Shown here piece by piece: positions 1 to 10,320 of a stretch of DNA of 64,000 nt. Both the position numbers and the translations under genes were made by a program. This stretch comes from Pseudogymnoascus verrucosus (taxonomy: Eukaryota): the NCBI GenBank assembly GCA_001662655.1, contig KV460219.1; one strand, given 5' to 3'. The notes beneath the pieces were generated by a model that was not told the DNA's origin, searched no databases, and worked only from the letters and a program-made list of their open reading frames with translations. Each line of letters opens with the position of its first letter. Position 1 is the first letter of the stretch.

Positions 1-186
1 GACGCCACTATATAAGTAGATAGATAGTTCTTAGATAGGAGCTTCGTGCTCAACTCAATATAGTATTTGTTATATACTATAACGTGTTTTACGAAAGCCT
101 TTGTGTCTGATCCCCTGCCTCCTCTGTTAAGTAAACTAACGCAACGAAACCTCTATGAGTCTTATAGTTTAAGACCTAGCGTTACA
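1..186 (+). repeat. 5' LTR of element A (3' part), with TATATAA at 9-15
   Basis: Ends in TTACA; the same terminal sequence occurs at 6649-6675 and 7043-7110. Confidence 0.93.
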
Positions 187-232
187 CTTTGAGCACCACT
201 TCTACGAGGTACCGGCTCATACACAAAGCAAC

Positions 233-2122
233 ATGGCTAGAAACGATTTAGCATCTAACGTGGGGTCGAAGGGCAAGGCAGCTGTCGAGCCTGTCCCATC
301 ACCTACCACTACGCCTGCGCCCAGGGGACCACACCCCTCGGACAAACTCAAGATTGCATTCCCAGACACCTTCAATGGGGACCGCAAGAAGCTTAAGAGC
401 TTCCTCATCTAGACGGAACTCTAGATGGCCTTTAACGCTAAGCACTTCGCCTTTGAAGTACAGCAAGTCCTATGGGCAGTGGCCCTCCTAAGGGGCTCCG
501 CCTCCGACTGGATTGCTAATTACCTGACGGACTACATGAGCCACCGAGCGGCTGACGGAAGAGTCACCACGACGGCTAACCAAGGCACCAAGGATATCTT
601 CATCACTTGGGCTGGCTTCGTTAAGCAACTCAAGGCGAACTTCGGGGACGTTGACGAAAGAAGAAACGTAGTGCGAGCCCTCGAGGCCCTCAAGCAGAGG
701 GGGTCGGCGGTCACATATACTGCTGAGTTCTAGCAGCATGCCCCCCTTACTAGTTGGGGAGACGAGGCTATATGCGACCGATACTACAAGGGGCTGAAGG
801 ATCATGTGAAGGACGAAATCTCCCGGTCGGACAAACCAGATGACCTTAAAGAATTAATTGAGATGGCCTAGAAGATTGACAATCGTTACTACGAACGCCA
901 ACTCGAAAGGAAGGGAGGAACAACTAGCCACCAATGGACCTAGAAGCGGAGAACTTAGAAGAGTCATTGGCCTCAGCCCATGGAGCTCGACGCTACGTTC
1001 AAGCCTAGTAGGAGACCCCGTAACCCAAACAAAGAGCGACAGCTTAAGGAACGGTTGTGTTTTAATTGCAACAAGCCGGGCCACATGGCCCGAGACTGCA
1101 AGCAACCTAAGAAAGGGAACGGAGGACATAAGAAATTCGGGAGACAACTTAACGCCACTTAGAAGGGGTAGTTAAACGCCACGTTCGTGAACAAACCCGA
1201 CTAGGGGATCACGGGCGATAGCACCCTGGAAGGAGAGAGCTCGGGCGACGAAGATCTCAACGACTTCGACGCATCGCTCGAGAAGGAGAACGAACTCCTA
1301 AACAGGGGATTAACGGAATCCTAGAAACTCCGGCTAAAGGAGTTTGAAGAAGACGCGAAGGAGATTGCATTCAAGGAGAATCTACCAGGAGTGGTCGACG
1401 TCTACAGACAGGCCATGCTCCAAAAGGGAACTCCACGAGCGATTCCCATACCACTACCCCTAACGGGATGGTTGGGTACTCGACAGGACTGGGAAGTTGC
1501 AGTTCGCGCCATGAGGTGTCGCCCTAGGTACCCGCAAGGGAGGGAGCCCTAAGGAGCGAACCACACCTCTAAAGAAGCCACTATGTGGTTGAAATACAAG
1601 CTTGCGGAATATGACGCGCAAGACGAACAGCAGGATGACACTTAGGGACCTGAACCCTAGGAACTGCGAGCAGACCAAGCTGCTATGGACTACGAACCCA
1701 CCGAAGGAGACGTAGAAAGGTTACGTGTAACCATGGAGAAATCCGAGCTCGCAGGCAAGACAAAGGAGGAACAGGAATTGACAAAGTTAGATGCATTAAG
1801 GATTGATTACCCCTAGCACCCATATATATTCTAGGAACACTGCAAGTACGATGACTGCAAGAGTCACTTATGGAAAAAGACCTAGTATCGACTATTTCCG
1901 AAAATCGCACCTCAGGTCTACTTTACGGATATAGACCAAATTCATGCCCTTAGACGAAGTCAGTCTGAAGGAGAACTACCGTTGAAGAAACAACAACCGG
2001 TATACGAGAAATACCCGCACCTACTAGATGAAGCAGAAGGATGGGGAGGACAATCTTCCTAAGGACCGCCCATAGAGGATGATGAACATCACTATTACTC
2101 CTCGGACGAGTCAAAAAACTAG
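233..2122 (+). pseudogene. gag: gag of element A (629 codons, RIP stops)
   Basis: ATG 233 (MARNDLASN...FPDTFNGDRKKLKSFL); same frame as track ORFs 425 and 980 (CFNCNKPGHMARDC knuckle); ends at TAG 2120-2122 right after AAAAAAC. Confidence 0.9.
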
Positions 2123-5100
2123 GAGTCCTCGACGGTAGGCCACCGGCGAGTGACAAAGAGAGGCCTAGTACAAAGCAGCTGTGCGCCACGGGAGGCAGCA
2201 TGCAGCTATATGTGGTCGCTAAGATACAACAGCGACACCTCCGAGCCATGATTGACTTAGGAGCAACGGGCAACTTTATGACAAAGAAAGTAGCAGACAC
2301 TCAAGGTTTTAAGACGCAATTGAAAACCGATCCTTACCCGTTAATGGTCGTGGATAGAGAGCCCATCTCGACTAACAAGGGGATGGTGACCCACGAGACG
2401 GTCCCATTAGAAATGGTCATGCTACGCGGACACAAGGAAACGATCTAATTTGACATTGTACACATGGACAACCATGCATGTATCCTTAGTGTGCTGTGGC
2501 TCAAGAAACACAACCCCCAGATCGACTGGTGGAACGAGAAAGTTGTGATGAGCTAGTGCGCGTGTGAACAACGAACGGACACGCCACAACGGGAGAAACC
2601 ATCCTAGGGCTGACGCGAGGTGTGTGCGACCTCTATAGAGCCCAGTGACCTAGCCTAGGCACCCTCACTGACGAGTATACCGGTGGAGTATAAGGAATAC
2701 GAGCAGCTATTCTAGGAAGGCCCCAAGAACGAGGCGCTTCCTAAGCACCAACCATGGGATCATGTGATACCCTTAGAAGAAGGGAAGAGTCCACCGTTCG
2801 GACCAATATACCAGATGTTAGCAGATGAGCTAAAACTGCTGAAGGAATACATTGACGATAACCTTAAGAAAGGATTTATCAGACCATCCAAATCTCCTGC
2901 AGGAAGCCTGATGTTATGGGTTCCTAAGAAGGATGGGAGCAAACGACCCTACGTGGACTATCAAGCATTGAACAACATAACGATAAAGGATCGATACGCC
3001 TTACCGTTAATCAATGAGTTACACGATAGATTCTAAGGAGCCAAGATCTTCACTAAGCTAGATCTGCGTGGCGCGTACAACCTGATCCGGATAGCCGACG
3101 GCGAGGAGTGGAAAACAGCATTCCGCACCCGCTATGGCTTATTCGAATATCAAGTCATGCCCTTTAGGCTGACCAACGCCCCTGCATCTATGCAACGCTT
3201 AATGAATGACGCTTTGCACGAATATCTAGACATATTCACCATCGTTTACTTAGACGATATACTGGTATACTCAGCAAACAAGGACGAACATGCTCGGCAT
3301 GTCAAGCTCGTCCTCTAGAAGCTAAAGGAATACAACCTACTGTTGAAGCCAGAGAAATGTGAGTTCTATAAAAACCAAGTCGAATTCTTAGGCTACATTA
3401 TCGGAACGCACGGCATCAAGATGGACTAAGCAAAGGTCACGGTAGTGTTGGAATGGCCAACACCAACCACGGTTAAGGAAGTACAAGCCTTCTTAGGCTT
3501 CGCCAACTTCTACCGTCAGTTCATTACGGGATATTCTAAGGTAGCTCAACCACTCACGGAGCTCACTAGGAAGGATCTCGCGTTTAAATGGACGGACAAG
3601 GCAGAGGCTGCCTTCTAGGAACTCAAGACGAAGTTCACGGAGGCACCCATCCTTGCGACATTTGACCCTGCGAAGAAGATCATCCTCGAAACGGACTCTT
3701 CTGATTTTGCGATTAGAGCATGTCTAAATCAGCCGGACGAAAACGGTAAGTTTAAGCCAATCGCGTACTACTCTAGGAAACTGTCACCTGCAGAGCTCAA
3801 CTATGACATCCACAACAAGGAGCTACTAGCTATTGTCGTTGCCTTTAAGCAGTGGCGCGTATATCTTGAGGGATCCACCTACACTGTGCAAGTGTGGACG
3901 GATCACAAGAACCTCATATACTTCACCACGACCAAGGTTTTGAACCGTAGACAAGTCCGCTAGGCAGAAACCCTCGCAGCCTACAACTTCACGATAACCT
4001 ATTGCAAGGGCTCCGAGAATGCAAGAGCAGATGCTCTCAGCAGAAGGACCAACTACATCGGCCCGAAGGAAGAAAGACCTAGAGCAATATTAAAGAAAAC
4101 AGACGCGGGAATGTAGTACAACGAGTTGCTAGCGACGATCTCCATCGTCGAGGATACAGAACTCGAGGAAAGACTCAAGAAATCTTATGCGACAGACGAA
4201 TGCGCAAAGAGAGTCTTAACTAAAGTCGAAGGCGACTTCGCCATCGACGAACAAGGATTGATCCGTTACAAAGGATTAGTGTATGTCCTAAGTTAAATGA
4301 GACGCCCGCTAGTACAAGAACAACACTCGTTGCCAGCACACGGTCATTAGGGAGTAACACGAACCTTTGAACGAATCACTAGACACTACTACTTCCTAGG
4401 TATGAGGAAGCAGGTAGAAACAGTAGTAAGAGAGTGCGACATTTGCAGCAAGTCAAAATCCAATAGGCACTTGCCTTACGGACAACTCAAGTCGACACTA
4501 GTACCAAAAGGAGCGTGGAAATCAATAGCTTTAGACTTCATCGTCAAGCTACCACCCTCCAAAGACCCGTTAACAGGAGTAGAATACGACTCTATCCTCG
4601 TTATAACAGAAAGACTCACGAAGTATGGGAAATTCGTACTATATCTAGAAGCTAGCGACGCTGAGGCGCTCGCGTATACCTTCATTCGAGTCATATTAGC
4701 CGATTACGGGATGCTAGAAGAAATCATCTTAGACAGAGACAAGCTCTTCACTTCGAAATTCTGGAAATCGTTAATGGCTCTGCTAGGAACAAATCACAAG
4801 TTATCAACAGCTTTCCACCCCTAGACAGACGGCCAAACAGAAAGATTAAATCAAACCCTTAAACAGTACCTACGAAGTTATGTTAATCATCAACAGGATA
4901 ACTGGGTTCAGATTTTACCCATCGCACAGTTCGCATATAACAGCGCGATGGCGGAAGCAACGAAAGTCTCACCGTTCTTTGCCAATTACAGCTACTAGCC
5001 AGAAGCATATAGGCAACTAAGACCGGACGAAGCACGAGCTGAACAAGCCCTAATCGTAGTGGAACAACTGAAATCGTTCCACGAACAACTTGCGACGGAC

Positions 5101-5590
5101 ATCCAATTCTTAAATGAACGATCCGCCGCATACGCAAACAGGAAGCGTAGTATGGAACCTGCCTTCAAGGAGGGGGATAAAGTATACCTACTCTAGAAAC
5201 ACATCAAAACGAAACGACCAAGTACGAAGTTGGACTTTAAGAAATTGGGACCATTTAAGATATTAAACAAAGTCAGCTCAGTTAATTACAGACTGCAGCT
5301 ACCTAAGAACTCTAAACTCCACCTAGTGTTTCATGTCTCATTATTAGAACCAGCAAGAGGGGATGCCCCGATTGCGACAGATACCGAACTTCAACCCGAA
5401 AATGAGACCATCGAATATGAGGTCGAGGCGATCCTAGACAAAAGGTTAGTAGGACGCTAAGAAGAGTTTTTAATAAAATGGAAAGGTTACGAACCTACGG
5501 ACAACTCATGGGAGTCGAGGGGAAACCTCAGCTGCCTAGAGTTGCTAGCGGAGTTCCACCGTCGACACCCTAACGATCGAAGAACCTAGG
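2113..5590 (+). pseudogene. pol: pol of element A (protease, RT, RNase H, integrase, chromodomain), -1 frame to gag; 3' end approximate
   Basis: AMIDLGATGNF (DSG altered by RIP), VYLDDI near 3245, ETDSSDF RNase H, H..H..CDIC integrase zinc finger, IALDFIVKLP, EYEVEAILDKR...LIKWKGYEPTDNSWE chromodomain near 5413-5560. Confidence 0.95.
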
Positions 5591-6082
5591 GGAAAGGGCC
5601 GACAGGTAGTCGTGCTTAGGGACGGCGCTCCTAGGGTTAGTTACGGAAGGACTGGCAAGGTGACCGTGGGCTTCGGCTTCTTGCCGCTTACGTTCTTCCA
5701 CCTCCTCTAGTTCGTCAAGGGTCTTTAGACCACGGCGAAGCATCTCAGCACCTCGAGTCTTAAGGAGATCCTACTACTACTTAAGGCAGTTGAGACGGGC
5801 CATGGCAGTTGCCACGGCCTCGCGAGTCATGCGAGTTTCGAGTCGAAGACGGTCCTCTTCTTTCTGTAGCGACTGCTAGTCACTAGCAGAGGGACCAGAG
5901 ACATCACAGTTGCGGGAATTCGAACGAACACATTCATTACATCGTTTTGAGGATGCAGAAGCGAGGCAGCGGAGACCTCGTTTCTCGCAGCAGGAATAGG
6001 AAGGCATTTCAACCCCTTCGCGGGTTATGCGGTTAGCGAGCAGTTTACGTTCTTTGATTTTTAAGTGTTTAGAGGAAGACAT
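5528..6082 (-). pseudogene. antisense accessory ORF of element A: Zn2Cys6-like cysteine cluster plus coiled coil (184 codons, RIP stops)
   Basis: Single frame: MSSSKHLKIKERKLLANRITREGVEMPS[Y/C]SCCEKRGLRCLASASSKRCNECVRSNSRNCDVSGPSASD*QSLQKEEDRLRLETRMTREAVATAMARLNCLK***DLLKTRGAEMLRRGLKTLDELEEVEERKRQE...GGTPLATLGS-TGA; all internal stops are TAG, revertible to CAG/TGG. Confidence 0.75.
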
Positions 6083-6195
6083 GGTCGTGGCCTTGCCCAC
6101 CCCACGAATATGGGGGACCCACCACGCTTAAGTAGGCTAGTGGATTCTTAGTTAGCAATGGCCTACGGGACTAGGCCTCGAGGGAGGGGACCTAG

Positions 6196-6675
6196 TGTTA
6201 CGGCTGAAACATGCAACCCATATGCCGCAAGATAGAATAATAAGGTAAAATAGCTTGCAGCTAATTAGCAGCAGGAAATGGACGCAGAGATTGTAGGTAG
6301 CTTAGTTAATGAGGGCACCTTTAGGAAAAGGTACCTTTCTTAGAAGGTACCCGACAAAAGAAAGGTGCCTGTTAGGAAAGGCACCCGTGCAGAGCAAGGT
6401 GCCTCCTTAGAAAGGCACCTATGGGAATCAGTACCTACAATAAGTGTGGCACCTCTTATAGGACGCACACGTGATTGGATTAGTAGGAATAGTAAGAATA
6501 GTTAGAGAGTCTGCTATNNNNNNNNNNNNNNNNNNNNNNNNNNNNNNNNNNNNNNNNNNNNNNNNNNNNNNNNNNNNNNNNNNNNNNNNNNNNNNNNNNN
6601 NNNNNNNNNNNNNNNNNNNNNNNNNNNNNNNNNNNNNNNNNNNNNNNNTCTTATAGTTTAAGACCTAGCGTTACA
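6196..6675 (+). repeat. 3' LTR of element A (TG...CA), spans an assembly gap
   Basis: Starts TGTTACGG after the PPT and ends GCGTTACA like 186; reconstructed length about 529 bp using the inverted copy at 6676-7042. Confidence 0.9.
6518..6648. other. assembly gap (131 N)
   Basis: Run of n. Confidence 1.
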
Positions 6676-7042
6676 TCTATCTACTTATATAGTAGTGTTA
6701 TACTAAAGGGAATAGTTAGAATAGTAGACTCTCTAACTATTCTTACTATTCCTACTAATCTAATTATATGTATGTCCTATAAGAGGTGCTACACTTATTA
6801 TAGGTACTAATTCCTATAGGTGCCTTTCTAAGGAGGCACCTTACTCTACATAGGTACCTTTTCTAATAGGCACCTCTCTTTAGCTAGGTACCTTCTAAGA
6901 AAGGTACCTTTTCCTAAAGGTGCCCTTATTAACTAAGCTACCTACAATCTCTACGTCCATTTCCTGCTACTAATTAGCTATAAGCTATTTTACTTTATTA
7001 CTCTATCTTATAGCATATAGGTTGTATGTTTTAGCTATAACA
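6676..7042 (-). repeat. inverted, more heavily RIP-mutated partial LTR of family A (U3 part)
   Basis: Reverse complement matches 6196-6517 and continues through tatataagtagataga (window 9-24). Confidence 0.9.
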
Positions 7043-7110
7043 CTCCTCTATTAAGTAAACTAACGTAATAAAACCTCTATAAGTCTTATAGCTTAAGACC
7101 TAGCGTTACA
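7043..7110 (+). repeat. 3' terminal fragment of another family A LTR
   Basis: Matches window 119-186, ending gcgttaca. Confidence 0.9.
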
Positions 7111-7350
7111 TTAGGGCTATTATAGGTTAGTTGCAACTAATAGCCTTAGGCACATAGTATAAGGAAGCCTTAGGTAAATAAGGGGTTAGCTAAGTTAGAG
7201 TAGTTTTAAGTATTTAGGGGTATAGCTATAGAGGGTTATATCTTTATCTTTTTTATATCCTTTATAGTAGACCTATAGGATTGTACTAACTTCTATCTAA
7301 CTTATACTCCTATATATAACCTCTTATAATATAGTGCCCTATGTCCTTAT
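7111..7350 (+). repeat. 5'-truncated LTR of family B
   Basis: Matches about 8458-8700 (ttagggctgttataggttagttgcaac...gtgccctatgtcctta). Confidence 0.9.
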
Positions 7351-8401
7351 ATATATTAAGGGTATTTCTTACTACATTCTTATAGTTCTTATAGTTCTAT
7401 TTATACTTATATTAGAGGCCTTAGATATGCTGTCCTTTAGGGTATAAAAGCAATTGTTCTTTTTATAGAATAAGGCTAATCTAATCTATATTAGTTATGC
7501 TTTTATAAATCTCTCTAAGGCTTTGCCTATTATAGGACTTATAAAAGGTATACATTACTAGATTTTATAGTAACATATCTAGGTGAATATATTAATAATG
7601 TATTAGTAATGTATTAGTAATTACTTACTTATTATAAGTAAAGGGTCATTTATATACTAAATAATTAATATTAGGTCTAATATTAAAACTAATAGTATAG
7701 CTAAAGGAATTAGTAGTAGGTAAGAATGCTCTCTATAAGAAGTCTATAGAAAATAAGGGCATTCTTTAGTATTTATAGGCATAAATAACTAAAATGTAAC
7801 CTTATACTTATTATAAAGCTTTAGTTGTCCTTGCTCTTAAGGATGATTAATACCTAATATATTAGTAATATATTAGATTAAGAAGGAGGCTAGTAATTAC
7901 TACAATTTGCTTTTCTTATACTTGTCTGTTTAACAACATAACAAGACTTATATTTAGGTTTAAAATTAGGTAAAAAGCAACGTTCTAAATAAGGTAACTC
8001 CTTATAAAGTATAACCTATATTAGCTTAAAGTACTAGGCATTACTTACTAGAAATTTATTCTTATTAATATAAGAAATAAAGCATGAGAAATTACCTATA
8101 ACATTCTAATATATTAGTAATGCATTAAGAATGTATTAAGAATAATCTTACTTGTTAATTTAAGTAAATGAAAGAAGGCTTATAACTATCTAAACAGTCT
8201 TGTCTATATGCCTTCTTCTATTTAAATTACAAATTCACTATAATAAATAGGCTGTCTAATAATGTGTTAGTAATATATTTATAATATATTAAGGATTATA
8301 TACCTATTTACCTCTATACGCTAGGTAGAGATTAATCTCTACTCCTATAGATTAATTATTTTCTAAAAATTAGAGGGTAATAATTAAGTATGATTTATAC
8401 T

Positions 8402-8700
8402 TATAAGGATGCCTCCTTACTTAGGGTAGTTACAGCTGTTATGTGGCGCCATCGAGACTTAGGGCTGTTATAGGTTAGTTGCAACTAACAGCCTTAGGCA
8501 CATAACGTAAGGAAGCCTTAGGCAAATAGGGAGCTAGCTAAGTTAGAGCAGTTTTAGGTATTTTAAAGGAACAGCTATATAGGGTTACACCTTCATCTTT
8601 TTTATATCCTTTATAGTAGACCTATAGGATTGCACTAACTACTATCTAACTTACACTCCTATATACAACCTCTTGTAATATAGTGCCCTATGTCCTTACA
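8402..8700 (+). repeat. 5' LTR of element B
   Basis: T(g/a)taaggatgcc...tgtccttaca; direct repeat of 15899-16197 and 16861-17159. Confidence 0.95.
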
Positions 8701-8749
8701 TTATATAAAAAAGATCACGCCTACTAGGGACAGCTATACGTAAATAATA

Positions 8750-10320
8750 TCCTACAACTAGAACGACTTAGGAGAACTGTCGAAACACCACTAACTACAA
8801 CTTAGTAACATTTTAAAGTAGAGACCTAACGACTTTAAATAGCTGTAACCCTAGAGAACTTACAGATAACTAGTAGATTAGGGTTTAATCCTATAAAGCA
8901 AGCTAGTAAAGTTGCTAACGCGTTAGCGCTAAATAGGATACAAGATCCTTAAGAACCCCCTTAAGCATAGAGGCAATTGTAAATAAGAGTGTTAATAGCT
9001 ATAAGCTACTAGAAGTCAAACTCTTTCGTATCAACACTAATACACCCCTAAACTAATATAAGGAAAATGACCTTAAACATTCCCTAAGACAATAATAGTC
9101 AACTGTTACAAATGTTAACGAGACAAACTACTGCTATAGCTACAACTGCTACACCTACTAATAACATACTAGATTAAATGGCAAACCTTAAGATCTAGAT
9201 ACAAGAGATTAAGGAAATGATAGCTAACCTAGCAGCAACCTAGACTAGAATACTGTCTACGCTACTAGTAGACACTGTTGAAGTTAAGGAGCAACGAACT
9301 TCTCCTATGCAAAACACCCCTAAGATAGTTTAGTTGCTACCTCTTTAAAACACTCGTTCTCTATTAATTCTAAGGAGGTATTCTAAAGACCCTCTAAATT
9401 GCTATAAGAAATCCACTATCTCTAAGAAGATTATGCTGCTTAGCAATAGGATAGAACATACCTTTATGTAATAGAGCGCGTCCATTTAGGACTGCCTTAT
9501 AGTTAATGAGGATCACTACCCTACTAACGTCTTAAGAAGAGCGTTAATATAAGGGACAACGACTAGCCTAGCAAAGAAATACCTCAAACCCTAATACCTA
9601 TCTGCAACCTATAGGTTTTAGAGTGCTAATAAGATAATAGACCTATTAGGTTCATATTACCTTACTAGTAACGAAACAGAACAGGCCTAGAACCTCTTTA
9701 ACAACCTCTAAATAGGAGAGAAAGGACATATAAACAAGACTTTCTTAGAGTTTAAAGCTTGCTTCTAAAGTGTAGCTATTATAAGACAAGTCACTAAGTT
9801 AGAATGGTTTTAGTACATGTAGAATAAGTTAACCCCTTAATTCTGTAGCTACATAGTAGTTATTAAAAGTTAATAGAAGGGAGACTACTACACTATAGTC
9901 TAAGAACTTACTGCCTTTAATTAGGAGCAGCGCTAGAACAATGAGTTGAGCTTCCTGTCTAAGAGTAGCGAGTTGAGCTCCTAAGGACCTACCTACCTAA
10001 GCTCATCTAGGTTCATGCCTATAGACCCTAGAAAGGCCTAGCTACTAAGGTAGATAAGAAGCCCTCTAGTTTCCTTCTAGAGGACTCCCTTTATACCTAC
10101 TACCCCTAAGCTAGACATTATAGGCTGCATATAGACTGCTATACTAGCTATGTCTAGGAACTGTTTTAAGTGCAGCAAGCTAGGCTATTTCTAAGACAAA
10201 TGCCCACTTAACCCCACTGTTAAGGAGATTGACTACAAAGCCCCTAAGGACGAAGAATAGTAGGAGGAAGCAGTCGCCTACTAGTTAGATGCGTCCCTAG
10301 AGGAAAACGACAAGGCCTAG
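8750..10320 (+). pseudogene. gag: gag of element B (start approximate)
   Basis: CFKCSKLG[Y/H]F*DKC knuckle at 10162-10203; frame ends GAG GAA AAC GAC AAG GCC TAG at 10320. Confidence 0.75.

Larger units (their letters stand above)
1..6675 (+). mobile_element. Ty3/Gypsy chromovirus LTR retrotransposon, family A, near full length, RIP-inactivated (5' LTR cut by window edge)
   Basis: LTR end ...aagacctagcgttaca at 186 recurs at 6675; gag with CCHC knuckle; protease-RT-RNaseH-integrase-chromodomain order; PPT gagggagggga just before TGTTA at 6196; many TAG/TAA stops explained by C->T or G->A changes. Confidence 0.97.

Noticed and set aside
6314..6453. Regularly spaced repeats with variable spacers resembling a CRISPR array
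   Set aside because: Cores are only 6 bp with 10-12 bp spacers, lie inside a fungal LTR, and there are no cas genes.
6471..6656. ORF in the track running through X residues
   Set aside because: Artefact of the N gap inside the LTR.
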